This document shows positions 51,644 to 61,274 of a stretch of 64,000 bases of DNA, piece by piece. A model generated the notes under the pieces. The model was not told where the DNA came from. It did no database searches and saw only the letters and a list, made by a program, of their open reading frames with translations. Position 1 is the first letter of the stretch. Each line of letters starts with the position of its first letter. The position numbers and the translations under genes were made by a program. Source of the stretch: Gammaproteobacteria bacterium (lineage in GTDB: Bacteria; Pseudomonadota; Gammaproteobacteria; JAJPIJ01); assembly GCA_046347035.1 (NCBI GenBank), contig JAXMGY010000001.1, positions 18,485 through 82,484 on the forward strand, read 5' to 3'.

Positions 51644-52330
51644 TTACTGCGCCGAAAAACGGTAACCGACGCTGCGTACAGTCTGAATGTAATGATCGGC
51701 GCCATGATTGGCTAGCACCTTGCGCAAGCGGCGGATGTGCACGTCCACGGTGCGCTCTTCAATGTAAACATGATCGCCCCACACCTGGTCAAGCAATTGA
51801 TTGCGGCTGAACACGCGTTCCGGGTGGCTGATGAAGAAGTGCAGCAGCTTGAATTCCGTTGGACTGAGATCCAGCGTTGCACCATTGGCCGTCACGCGGT
51901 GTGTCTGCGCATCGATGCGCAAGCCACCTGCTTCAACCGTGTCGGTCACGTTATGTGGCGAAGAGCGTCGCAGTACCGCCCGCACCCGCGCCAGCAACTC
52001 CTGGGTGGAAAATGGCTTGGTGACATAGTCATCGGCGCCACCGTCCAGGCCGCGGATCTTGTCGGCCTCTTCGTCGCGGGCGGTCAGCATGATGACCGGG
52101 ATATCCTGAGTTTTCGGGTCGCGCTTTAGCCGCCGCGCGAAGTCCAGACCGCTTACGCCGGGCAGCATCCAATCCAGCAGAATCAAGTCCGGCGTCTTGC
52201 TGCTCAGGCATTCGCTGGCCTCATCGACATTGCCCGCTTCACTGCAGCTGAATCCCTCGCCGGCCAGGGTGAATTGCAGCATCTGCCGAATCGCCGGCTC
52301 ATCGTCAACAATCAATATCTGGTGACTCAT
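51644..52330 (-). CDS. phoB: Phosphate regulon response regulator PhoB
   Basis: 'ILIVDDEPAIRQML' receiver plus OmpR-type winged helix. Start taken at the internal Met (52330); the ORF track begins at 52459. Confidence 0.9.
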   Translation of the reverse strand: MSHQILIVDDEPAIRQMLQFTLAGEGFSCSEAGNVDEASECLSSKTPDLILLDWMLPGVSGLDFARRLKRDPKTQDIPVIMLTARDEEADKIRGLDGGADDYVTKPFSTQELLARVRAVLRRSSPHNVTDTVEAGGLRIDAQTHRVTANGATLDLSPTEFKLLHFFISHPERVFSRNQLLDQVWGDHVYIEERTVDVHIRRLRKVLANHGADHYIQTVRSVGYRFSAQ

Positions 52331-52429
52331 TGTCTTAGGGGACTCCAGCGACCACAAGGATTTAGACGAATTAGATGTCAGCCATGTTACAAGTTTATGA
52401 CGGCATGAGCCCCCTGCAATCGGGTTGAC

Positions 52430-52460
52430 GTCGTCATCATATTGACATGGTTTTGTCATA
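52430..52460 (+). promoter_or_regulatory. Pho box with three 11-bp-phased TGTCA half-sites in the phoB/oprP divergent region
   Basis: cGTCATcatatTGACATggtttTGTCATaaac; consensus is CTGTCAT-N4-CTGTCAT. About 95 bp upstream of the porin ATG. Confidence 0.5.
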
Positions 52461-52554
52461 AACCACCCGTACCATCCTTTCGCCCATATTGCGCAGGCCG
52501 ACCTACGGGGATTCGGCTTCGTGATGTCAAAACCATAATTACGAGGATTTCACC

Positions 52555-53952
52555 ATGTCTCAAACCCACAAATTGCTGGTACCGGCGGTACTGGCGGTGT
52601 CGGCCGCGCTGGCCGCCCCCCCCGCCTTTGCGGCCAACGATGCAATGATGCAACTGCTAAAGGTGCTGAAAGACAAGGGCACCATCGACCAGGAAACCTA
52701 TGATGGCCTGGTCAACGCCGCCAAGGCCGATGACGAGCATGTGCAATTTGCCGAGGACGAGGTCAAGAAGGCGCAAAAGGAACAGCCCAAGATCGACACC
52801 AAGGGTAAGCTTGAAGTCACTTCCGCTGACAAGGATTTCAAGTTCCGCATTGGCGGCCGACTGCACATCGACGCCACGATTCCGGATAACGATCGCGGCA
52901 CCACCCGCAACACCAACTTCGAAGATCGCGCCACCGCGCGCCGCATGCGCCTGTACGTCGAAGCGCAGTTGTGGAAAAAGTGGGCGTTCAAGACCGAATA
53001 TGACTTCGCCGACGCCACCACCGGCGGTTCGCCGCAGACCGGCCTGCGCGATGCGTGGGTGCGTTACCTGATTGGCGAGAAGGGCGACAACATCACCGGC
53101 AATGTCACGCTGGGCCAGTTCGTCGAGTACATCGCGCTCGAAGAGATCAACAGCTCCAATGAAATGACGTTTGCGGAACGTTCGGTGGCTGCACAGGCCT
53201 TCGATGCCGCCAATGGCCGCCGCCTTGGTCTCGGCACACAGTTGGCGCTGTACGACAAGTTCAATGTTTCATTGGGTTTGTTCGGACGTGAACTGGGCGT
53301 GACGAGTGCGGACGACAGCAAACGTGTCACTGGCCGGTTGGTCTACTCACCCGTGCACTACCCCGGTCGCGTGTTGCACCTTGGTGTGGCTGGCTCGTAC
53401 ATCAGCGATTTCGATGGCAACACCTTTACTTCCAATCCGCGTTCGGAGTTTGACAATCCGGGTGGCAATCGCCTGCTCAATACGTCGATTGCGAATGCGG
53501 ACGACGGCTATCGACTTGCCGCCGAAGCCGCGGCCGTATACGGACGCTTCTCGCTGCAGGGCGAGTATCAGAACTTCAACGTTAACCGTCGCGGCGTTTT
53601 GTCCGATCCGAGCTTCGACGCCTGGTACGTGCAGGGCACGGTCAGCCTGACCGGCGAGCCACGCAACTACTCCTTCGAAGAAGCGCGCTTCAAGGCGCCC
53701 AAGCCCAATGGCATCGTTGGCAAGGGTGGCTGGGGTGCATGGGCGTTGGCACTGCGTTACTCCAGCATCGATATGCTGGACAAAGGTCTGGGCGGCGGCG
53801 AAGAGGATACACTTACTGCGGGCTTGAACTGGTATGCGACGCCGAACCTGCGCCTGCTTGCCAACTACGTGAAGGTGCTGGACCTCACCGGCGGCAACTT
53901 CAATGGCGCCGAGCCCAGCGCATTCATCCTCGGATCGCGTCTGTACTTCTAA
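52555..53952 (+). CDS. Phosphate-selective porin (OprO/OprP family)
   Basis: Signal peptide 'MSQTHKLLVPAVLAVSAALAAPPAFA'. Porin_O_P-like barrel with C-terminal 'RLYF'. Pho box upstream. Confidence 0.8.
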   Translation: MSQTHKLLVPAVLAVSAALAAPPAFAANDAMMQLLKVLKDKGTIDQETYDGLVNAAKADDEHVQFAEDEVKKAQKEQPKIDTKGKLEVTSADKDFKFRIGGRLHIDATIPDNDRGTTRNTNFEDRATARRMRLYVEAQLWKKWAFKTEYDFADATTGGSPQTGLRDAWVRYLIGEKGDNITGNVTLGQFVEYIALEEINSSNEMTFAERSVAAQAFDAANGRRLGLGTQLALYDKFNVSLGLFGRELGVTSADDSKRVTGRLVYSPVHYPGRVLHLGVAGSYISDFDGNTFTSNPRSEFDNPGGNRLLNTSIANADDGYRLAAEAAAVYGRFSLQGEYQNFNVNRRGVLSDPSFDAWYVQGTVSLTGEPRNYSFEEARFKAPKPNGIVGKGGWGAWALALRYSSIDMLDKGLGGGEEDTLTAGLNWYATPNLRLLANYVKVLDLTGGNFNGAEPSAFILGSRLYF

Positions 53953-53990
53953 ATGGCGGTCGAAATAGGTTCCGGTTGGCGCGACTTGCC

Positions 53991-54130
53991 GTCATTCCCG
54001 CGGAAGCGGGAATCCAGTCAAAAACTTATTTTTACTGGTCCCCGCTTTCGCGGGGACGACGGAAATAGCTCTATTTGAGCCAATGCGGTCGTTGCGAAGT
54101 GGCACCTATTTGCAGTCTTCTATTTAGTCA
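53991..54130 (+). repeat. MITE-like palindromic repeat, copy G, plus ~70-bp 3' extension module
   Basis: GTCATTCCCGCGGAAGCGGGAATCCAGTcaaaaacttatttttACTGGTCCCCGCTTTCGCGGGGACGACGG, then AAATAGCTCTATTTGAGCCAATGCGGTCGTTGCGAAGTGGCACCTATTTGCAGT, which is shared with copy H. Confidence 0.8.
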
Positions 54131-54566
54131 TTACTTCGCTTCCACGTTCCTTCCCCTGCATCGCGGGGGAAGGTTAGGATGGAGGTAATTCAATTCTTGC
54201 TCGAGCCAATGAGCTCGGTGCATGGATTCATGCACTGAGCAATTCATTTCACTTCTTCTCCTAGACCGTCCGGCATCAGTCCCATCGATAGGCTGTTACC
54301 AAGGTCGGAATCGGCCACGAGCCGCCAGTCGCACCTTCCCGAAAGCAGACATTGCAACGCGGCAAAGCGGACATTGATGCTTGTCCGAATTGTGGTTTAA
54401 TTTAGTACTGTATAAAACCTGAACCAAGGAGCGGGTTCTTATGCGATTTCAGCCCCTTATCCTCGATTCGTTGTCCGATGTTATCGGATAACGCGCCATG
54501 TTATACGACATTTTCGTTTCTTCTATATCGAGTTAGGCATTTGCCATAACAGGGGAACTACAAGTA

Positions 54567-55097
54567 ATGAACTCGATTTTCTTGCTATTGATTGTCGTCG
54601 TCGCAGTGGTTGTGATATTAGCTGCTGTTAAAGCCAATTCAAAAGGTGGCGTCGGAGATCAAATTTGGCCGTTCTACGCCAAGAAACCCCTTTCACAGCC
54701 AGAACAGGTGCTGTATTTCCGTCTTATCCAAGCATTACCTGACCATATCGTTCTCGCTCAAGTGCAGCTCTCAAGATTGCTTGGTGTCAAGAAAGGCAAT
54801 AACTATCAGGCTTGGTTTAACCGCATCAATCGCATGAGCGCTGACTTTGTAGTGTGCAAAAAAGATTCAAGCGTTGTTGCTGTCATCGAACTTGATGACG
54901 CCACTCATCAAAAAGAAGACCGGCAGGCCGCAGACGCAAAGAAAGACAAAGCTCTGTCCTCTGCTGATATTCGTGTCGTGCGCTGGCAAGCCAAGTCAAT
55001 TCCTGATATTGCTGCAATTCAGGCTGCGTTTATGCCTAACACTGCGGTCAACAGGGGCGCCCCAAAAGCTGCGCTTTCGGGGCGCCCGTTACCTTGA
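54567..55097 (+). CDS. DUF2726-domain protein with N-terminal TM anchor (restriction-endonuclease-like fold family)
   Basis: N-terminal TM 'IFLLLIVVVAVVVILAAV'. Core 'QPEQVLYFRLIQALPDHIVLAQVQL...MSADFVVCKKDSSVVAVIELDDATH' matches the DUF2726 pattern. Lies in a low-GC islet. Confidence 0.55.
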   Translation: MNSIFLLLIVVVAVVVILAAVKANSKGGVGDQIWPFYAKKPLSQPEQVLYFRLIQALPDHIVLAQVQLSRLLGVKKGNNYQAWFNRINRMSADFVVCKKDSSVVAVIELDDATHQKEDRQAADAKKDKALSSADIRVVRWQAKSIPDIAAIQAAFMPNTAVNRGAPKAALSGRPLP

Positions 55098-55116
55098 ACG
55101 TTAGACGCATGCAACA

Positions 55117-55554
55117 ATGCCTCAGTACTTCTGCCAAGAATGTGCGCGAATCAAATGCCTGTTACCCGAAATTGTCGGCTCTCGCTTCACGGATAACCAA
55201 TATCAGCTCGATAAGTATATTAAGCACACCGCGCCGACAAGCTTGTGTGGATACAAAACTGTATTTAAAGATCCGTCCACGGCCACGTACTCAAACTATA
55301 TTATTTCTACGCTGGCGGACGGTTATGTTGAAGTCGACGACAGAAATCGAATAAACGTAAATTATTTTGCGTCAGCGACCGCTGGATACGCGATATCCAT
55401 GGGTCACGTGGAAGGTCCAGTCTTTGGAGTCAAAGTCGTACTTGGAAATGAGCCAGATAGGATTCACGCTTATCCAATAGATGTGAGCAATATCGAAGTG
55501 ATTCGATGCCAACAGTGTGACAAGGAAATTATCCATGACAAACCATCCGCGTAA
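55117..55554 (+). CDS. Hypothetical protein with terminal CxxC pairs (split zinc ribbon)
   Basis: 'FCQEC' at the N-terminus and 'RCQQCDKE' at the C-terminus. AT-rich codon usage unlike its neighbours. No family recognised. Confidence 0.35.
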   Translation: MPQYFCQECARIKCLLPEIVGSRFTDNQYQLDKYIKHTAPTSLCGYKTVFKDPSTATYSNYIISTLADGYVEVDDRNRINVNYFASATAGYAISMGHVEGPVFGVKVVLGNEPDRIHAYPIDVSNIEVIRCQQCDKEIIHDKPSA

Positions 55555-55816
55555 CAAGCAGCTTATGCGGAACTGCGGGATTAGGTGCCTTTTTGCGCGT
55601 GTTGCTTCGTGCAACAGCTGCTCCACCCAAGGGCTGCTTAGCTAGTAGTTGAACGACCGCTTTGGAGAAATCTAGGCAACGCCCCGGTGCGTCTACTTCG
55701 GGTCGCACTCAATCATTGAACATGGTACGGTGGCAGCAGAAGCTATAGGAGAGCAAAAGGGAAAGGACGACAAGCGTAGCCGTAAGCAGTTTCTTACGTA
55801 ACTGAAGAAGTCCACT

Positions 55817-56197
55817 ATGACCGAAGACAAGGTTATTGAACTCGGGAAGCAATATTACGAGAGTCTCTTTCCAAGAAACTGTCCAAAATGTCAACGGCAG
55901 TTCCGAACGCTTCGGGAGTACTTGTTAGCTACCACCCCGATTGGACATGCCCATTCCTATGATGCAGAGATTGGCGATTGGGAACCTCTGATTCCTGTTG
56001 GTACAGCAATGTGTTCCAATTGCCGGTGCGGCACGACTATCGTGTTGCTCACCGACCAAATGGAACATTCACAAAGGTTGGCGTTGTTGGATTGGATTCG
56101 GAGCGAAACTAGAAGGCAAAGTATAAGCCCGACAGTGTTACTTGACAGCTTGCGAAATAAAGTTCGCCAACTGGTGTTGGACGAACAGGACAATTGA
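55817..56197 (+). CDS. Hypothetical protein with two CxxC motifs (zinc ribbon)
   Basis: 'NCPKCQRQF' and 'MCSNCRCG'. AT-rich. No family recognised. Confidence 0.35.
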   Translation: MTEDKVIELGKQYYESLFPRNCPKCQRQFRTLREYLLATTPIGHAHSYDAEIGDWEPLIPVGTAMCSNCRCGTTIVLLTDQMEHSQRLALLDWIRSETRRQSISPTVLLDSLRNKVRQLVLDEQDN

Positions 56198-56546
56198 AAC
56201 TTGTTCACGGTTTGCAAGCGCATTAACACAAAATGCAAATCGGGGTCAGACCACGATTATCGCAAAGAAGGTTAGCAATAGGTCGGCGACGCTTTTTGAT
56301 CGCGTGGCTGTCGCAATTGTGTCTGGGTTTTGCGCACTGGCCCTCGGCAGCATTGTCTGGTATTGATTGTCGTGGAAGTTCGCAAGTGAGAGTCTTCTGC
56401 CGATTGCACCGATAGTCTACTTGGCTATCGGCGTAGCAATGCTTGGATTTTTCTTCGTCGACAATGTCATCGTGATGCTTTTTGTATGGGTAGTCGAATT
56501 GCTGCTCCTTGTTGGAAAGTTTTAGGCCAAGCGCGGTAGAGCAAGA

Positions 56547-57266
56547 TCAATATGTACTCCGCCGCGGCCGTCCATACGCTTCGCCGGGTAGTTCAAATGG
56601 CGTAGTGCGTCCAACCAGCGATTCGATCAGAGCCAGTTCCGCATCAGTGTGGTTCTTGAAAGGCGCTGGGCGAATGCGCTCATCGCCTTTTGCAAGAATA
56701 TAGCGCGGCGCGTCGTGGTGCTGCGAAGTGATGGTCTCGGTGGCATCGGGCTTGTCGTTGGCGGAGAGTTCGGTGGTGCCGTAGCAGGTGCAGATGTAGG
56801 TTTCATCCGGATCGGCTTCGACGTAGACGCCAGTGCCGCGTATGCCGATGGTGGCGGTGGCGGTTTGCACGCTGTGCGTGGATTTGCCAAACACGGATAG
56901 CAGTTTGCCGGTGACCAGTCGCAGAGTGCCGACGACAAATTCCTCCGCGCCCGCGGCGGCGAGCTGCAGCTTGGTATTGCTGCGCGTAATAAATGCATCG
57001 CGGCCGACAACAAAGATCACGCTTGAGTTGGCGCCGGTTTCGACCAGATCGCTGGCGCGAATGGGCGTGGATGTCTGCACAGGCTTGCCGTTGACGCGCA
57101 CGTCACCCTCTACGCTGTAAACAGACTGTCCTGCTGGCAATGGATTGGGCACGGCGCCCAGCAATCGTGCCGACACGGCGCCGGAGCCCAGTGCGAAAGC
57201 CCCCATCGACAGCAATTTCACCAGAACCTGGCGTCGATGTTCATCGAAATCCGCTGGCGTTTTCAT
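56547..57266 (-). CDS. FecR-domain periplasmic protein with Tat-like signal
   Basis: 'MKTPADFDEHRRQVLVKLLSMGAFALGSGAVSA' (RRxVL twin-arginine-like). 'ATATIGIRGTGVYVE' FecR-type beta-sandwich motif. Confidence 0.5.
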   Translation of the reverse strand: MKTPADFDEHRRQVLVKLLSMGAFALGSGAVSARLLGAVPNPLPAGQSVYSVEGDVRVNGKPVQTSTPIRASDLVETGANSSVIFVVGRDAFITRSNTKLQLAAAGAEEFVVGTLRLVTGKLLSVFGKSTHSVQTATATIGIRGTGVYVEADPDETYICTCYGTTELSANDKPDATETITSQHHDAPRYILAKGDERIRPAPFKNHTDAELALIESLVGRTTPFELPGEAYGRPRRSTY

Positions 57267-57378
57267 TGCGAACTCCTCCAATGGCTAAGCTCTATAGCTC
57301 TCGACCATAACATAGCACTGCGACGCGTCCGTAGTCCCGGCTTGAGATATATCGAGCCCCGTAACAGAATAGCGATTC

Positions 57379-58275
57379 ATGAACCCGCTCCACCGCCGGC
57401 TGTGCGTTTTTCCCTTGCTTTGTTGCGTACTGCCAGCCGTGTTGGCGCAGCCGGGCTACCTGGATGTGGGCGCCGACTATTTATATGAGAGCAACATTGG
57501 GCGCGCCGAGCATAGCCATGACGTTCTCAGTGACAACATCGCAGCGTTTTCCGCTGCCTACAATTTGCCCTACCCGCTTGGCGAACGCAGCGGCCTGCTG
57601 AATACCGCGCGCTTGGACTATGCGCGCCACGCCGATCAAGAGGACTTAAGCGAATTCGACGCCAGCCTGGGTTCGCAGTGGCGCTACAAGCCCGGTGCGG
57701 CTTTCACCGCACCATGGCTGGAAGCGTCCGCGCGCGCTGCCGTGATGCAATTTCAGGACAGCGATATTCGTGATGGCGCCTCGTTGCGTGTGGGTGCCGA
57801 TATTGGCCGCAACTTCACCGATCGGCTGATCGCGCGTATCGGTTATCGCTACGAATGGCGGCATGCGTGGGACGCGGATGTTTTCAATCTGTCCAATCAT
57901 CGTCTGGCGGGTAGTTTCGATTTGACGCTAAGCGATCGCCTGGCGCTTTACGGCAGCGTCGGTTGGCAGATTGGCGATCTGGTTTCGACGGCTACACCAT
58001 CGCCGGCAATTCTAAACATATCCGAGGCACGCGCACTCGATACCGCACTCAGTGATCGCGCGCCTGGAGCACTCAGAGTCGGCAACTACTATCAGGGCGA
58101 TCGCGTGGCGTATCGACTGGAAGGTCAGACACTGACTGGCGAGATCGGCATCAACTATGCGCTGTCGCGTACGTTAGCGCTGGATCTTTCGGTGTTGCGC
58201 TTTGATGCCGCCGGCGATGGCGACAATGATTATCACGGTTATCAGGCTCGCGCTGGATTGCTGTATCGGTTCTAG
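57379..58275 (+). CDS. Putative outer-membrane beta-barrel protein
   Basis: Signal peptide 'MNPLHRRLCVFPLLCCVLPAVLAQ'. Alternating amphipathic strands. C-terminal 'GLLYRF' OMP signature. Divergent from the FecR-domain gene. Confidence 0.5.
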   Translation: MNPLHRRLCVFPLLCCVLPAVLAQPGYLDVGADYLYESNIGRAEHSHDVLSDNIAAFSAAYNLPYPLGERSGLLNTARLDYARHADQEDLSEFDASLGSQWRYKPGAAFTAPWLEASARAAVMQFQDSDIRDGASLRVGADIGRNFTDRLIARIGYRYEWRHAWDADVFNLSNHRLAGSFDLTLSDRLALYGSVGWQIGDLVSTATPSPAILNISEARALDTALSDRAPGALRVGNYYQGDRVAYRLEGQTLTGEIGINYALSRTLALDLSVLRFDAAGDGDNDYHGYQARAGLLYRF

Positions 58276-58317
58276 CGCGGAGAAAGAAAGGTTTCAATTA
58301 AGTTGGTACCAAATGTC

Positions 58318-58470
58318 GTCATTCCCGCGCAAGCGGGAATCCAGTTATAGATGAATTCATTTTTAACTGGATCCCAGCCTACCCGGGAACGACGGGATTA
58401 GCTCCGTTTGAACCGATGCGGTTGTTGCGAAGTAGCACCTATTCGCAGTTGTCTATCTTGGTGGAATAAG
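58318..58470 (+). repeat. MITE-like palindromic repeat, copy H (degenerate second hairpin), plus 3' extension module
   Basis: GTCATTCCCGCGCAAGCGGGAATCCAGTTatagatgaattcatttttAACTGGATCCCAGCCTACCCGGGAACGACGG, then GATTAGCTCCGTTTGAACCGATGCGGTTGTTGCGAAGTAGCACCTATTCGCAGT. Confidence 0.75.
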
Positions 58471-58716
58471 TTCCATGTGGCCGAAACTGATTTTGGACTT
58501 TGCCGCTAGACTGCGATTCCCGCAGTTATTTCTCCTTGCGCTGGGATTGTTTGTCGTCGATCTTGTCGTTCCCGATACAATCCCTTTCATCGATGAAATC
58601 TTGCTTGGCTTGGCGACGTTGCTGCTGGCGAATATTCGCAAGCGTCCGCCGCCGCCCACGACAAGTGGTCGCGTTTTCGACAACGAGGACTCCACGCGTT
58701 AGCAACTGATTGCCTG

Positions 58717-59027
58717 TTCGTGAGAGATAACCCCCCCCGCGCTGCGCGCGGCCCCCTTTTCCAAAGGGTGCATTATTTGCGTTGGTGCTTCCCATTTGCG
58801 ATGGCGTCACTCACAGATCACGCTCACAGCGAAATCGCCAAAAGAGGCTTTTTCGTTCTTCAACCCGAGCTTTGTTCTATTTCTGCATTTTAGAGGATCA
58901 CGACGCTCGTCCCCCCTTTGCAAAGGGGGGTGAGGGGGGATTTCGAAGAGCGAAACAAGTGAGTGTGGTTCGTGAGAGATAAATCCCCCCGCGCTGCGCG
59001 CGGCCCCATTTTTCAAAGGGGGCGATT
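58717..59027 (+). repeat. Pair of ~58-bp direct repeats (58717-58775 and 58969-59027) flanking a perfect 20-bp G/C palindrome
   Basis: GTTCGTGAGAGATAAcCCCCCCCGCGCTGCGCGCGGCCCCcTTTTCCAAAGGG versus GTTCGTGAGAGATAAatCCCCCCGCGCTGCGCGCGGCCCCaTTTTTCAAAGGG. The central palindrome CCCCCCTTTGCAAAGGGGGG is at 58908-58927. Confidence 0.6.
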
Positions 59028-59029
59028 AA

Positions 59030-60301
59030 CTAGTCGTGGACGGTGCGGCCGCCGAGGATGGTGCGCCGTACTCGCCCACGCATCTCCTGGCCAAGGAAGG
59101 GCGAGTTCTTGCCGTGACTGAGCATGGTCGATTCGCTCAATGTCCATTTCTCGTCGGGATCGAAGATGCAGATATCGGCTAACGCGCCTTCGCTCAATGT
59201 GCCGGCTTCGACGCCAAGAATTGTCGCTGGGCCAATGGTCATCGCCGCAATTGCGGCGGAGAGATCGAGCACGCCTTGTTCGACAAGACGCAGCATCAAA
59301 GGCAACCACGTTTCGAGCGATGAAACGCCGGGTTCAGTGGCGTCGAACGGCACACGTTTGGCGTCGCTGTCCTGCGGCTGATGATCCGCGCACACGGCGG
59401 TGACAACGCCCTTCTTCACCGCCTTGCGCAAACCGTCGCGATCGCTCTTCGCACGCAATGGCGGGCGCACGTGGCAAAGACTGTTGTACGAATCGATATC
59501 TTCATCGGTGAGCATCAGGTGTTGAACGCTGACATCGGCGGTCACCGGCAAGCCGCGACGCCGTGCCTCGGCAATCATCGCCGCGGATCGCGCCGATGAC
59601 AGGCGACAGAAATGGGCGCGCACGCCAGTTTGCTCGATCAACAACAAGTCACGCGCAACGGAAATCGTTTCAGCTGTTTCAGGTATTCCGGGCAGACCCA
59701 GGCGTGTGCTGACTGCACCTTCGTGGACATGCCCGCTGCCAGCAAGCCACGGATCTTCCGGATGCAGAAACACGGTGATGCCCACGGTTGCAGCATACTC
59801 CATCGCACGCCGCATCACTTCGGTATTCGGCAAGGGCACGCGCGCATTCGATACACCGACACAACCCATTTGTTTCAAACCGCTCATGCCCGCCAGCAAT
59901 TCGCACTTCAATTCGCGCGTAAGTGCGCCAAGACAAACCACGCGCGCCTTGCCGCTGCTGGTGGCGCGTTGATGAATCAGCTCCACCACCGCCGGCGTGT
60001 CGATGACCGGAAGCGTATCCGGCGGACAACAAAGTGTGGTCACACCACCTGCGGCAGCAGCGCGCGTTTCGCTGGCGATGGTGCCCTTCTGCGTGTATCC
60101 CGGTTCGCCCATGCGTGCACTGAGTTCAACGAAACCCGGCGCGACAATGAGACCAGCCGCATCGATCGTGCGGTCGGCATTGAAACCGCGTGGCGCGCGG
60201 CCCACGGTCGCGATGCGTTGGCCGTCGATGTGCACATCGCAGACCTTGTCGATGTCGTTAGCGGGATCGATGAGGTGGCCGTCAGTGATGCTTATGCGCA
60301 T
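59030..60301 (-). CDS. Dihydroorotase-like protein PyrC' (probably non-catalytic ATCase partner)
   Basis: Amidohydrolase fold. The canonical N-terminal HxH zinc motif is replaced by 'CDVHIDG' (single His), as in Pseudomonas PyrC'. Located directly 3' of pyrB. Confidence 0.75.
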   Translation of the reverse strand: MRISITDGHLIDPANDIDKVCDVHIDGQRIATVGRAPRGFNADRTIDAAGLIVAPGFVELSARMGEPGYTQKGTIASETRAAAAGGVTTLCCPPDTLPVIDTPAVVELIHQRATSSGKARVVCLGALTRELKCELLAGMSGLKQMGCVGVSNARVPLPNTEVMRRAMEYAATVGITVFLHPEDPWLAGSGHVHEGAVSTRLGLPGIPETAETISVARDLLLIEQTGVRAHFCRLSSARSAAMIAEARRRGLPVTADVSVQHLMLTDEDIDSYNSLCHVRPPLRAKSDRDGLRKAVKKGVVTAVCADHQPQDSDAKRVPFDATEPGVSSLETWLPLMLRLVEQGVLDLSAAIAAMTIGPATILGVEAGTLSEGALADICIFDPDEKWTLSESTMLSHGKNSPFLGQEMRGRVRRTILGGRTVHD

Positions 60302-60308
60302 GGCGACC

Positions 60309-61274
60309 TCATTCGGAATGACTGCCGGCGCAGATGGCCATCACCGCCATGCGAATGGCGATACCATGACTGACCTGCTGCAGAATGACGGAGCGTTTGC
60401 CATCGGCCACGGCGGAATCGATTTCAACACCGCGATTGATGGGGCCTGGATGCATGACGATGACATCGCGCTTGGCCACTTTCAATCGCTCTTCAGTCAA
60501 TCCATAAAGGCGGAAATACTCCGACGTGCTGGGCAACAGTGCACCGCGCATGCGCTCCTGCTGCAGTCGCAACATGATCACCACGTCGATATCACGCAGC
60601 CCCTCGTTCATGTCGTGAAACACGCGTACCCCCATAGCTTCGATTCCCGTGGGGATCAGCGTGCGCGGTCCGACCACGCGCACATCGGGCACGCCGAGAA
60701 TACGCAGCGCATGAATGTTCGAGCGTGCCACACGCGAGTGCAGAATATCGCCAACGATCGCAACCGATAGTTTGCTGAAGTCACCCTTGTGCTGGCGAAT
60801 GGTGAAGGCATCCAGCATGGCCTGCGTGGGATGCGCGTGACGGCCGGCGCCGCCGTTGACCACGCTGATATGTGGCGCCACGTGCGATGCGATGAAGTGT
60901 GCCGCGCCGCTTAGGTTATGGCGCACAACGAACATGTCGCAGTGCATGGCTTCGAGATTGCGCAAGGTGTCGAGCAGCGACTCGCCCTTCTTCGCCGAAG
61001 ACGCTTCGATATTTAAACTGAGAACATCCGCCGAAAGACGATTGGCGGCGATTTCAAAGGTGGTGAGCGTGCGCGTGCTCGGCTCGAAGAACAGGTTGAT
61101 GACGGTCTTGCCACGCAGCAGCGGCACTTTTTTCACCGCGCGCGCCTTGCCCAAGCCGACAAAGCCTTCGGCGCGGTCGAGAATATCGATTAACTGCTGA
61201 CGGGGGAGTCCTTCGACGGTAATGAAATGCTGCAGGCGGCCTTGTTCGTTGATCTGTAGGTCCGTTGCAGTCAT
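60309..61274 (-). CDS. pyrB: Aspartate carbamoyltransferase catalytic subunit
   Basis: 'STRTL', 'HPTQ' and 'HPGP' motifs ('[19 protein letters not shown]', '[11 protein letters not shown]', '[10 protein letters not shown]'). Confidence 0.9.
   Translation of the reverse strand: MTATDLQINEQGRLQHFITVEGLPRQQLIDILDRAEGFVGLGKARAVKKVPLLRGKTVINLFFEPSTRTLTTFEIAANRLSADVLSLNIEASSAKKGESLLDTLRNLEAMHCDMFVVRHNLSGAAHFIASHVAPHISVVNGGAGRHAHPTQAMLDAFTIRQHKGDFSKLSVAIVGDILHSRVARSNIHALRILGVPDVRVVGPRTLIPTGIEAMGVRVFHDMNEGLRDIDVVIMLRLQQERMRGALLPSTSEYFRLYGLTEERLKVAKRDVIVMHPGPINRGVEIDSAVADGKRSVILQQVSHGIAIRMAVMAICAGSHSE

Noticed and set aside
58717-59027. Possible CRISPR array
   Set aside because: Only two repeat units with a single ~190-bp 'spacer', a palindromic G/C homopolymer structure, and no cas genes. 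It does not fit CRISPR architecture.
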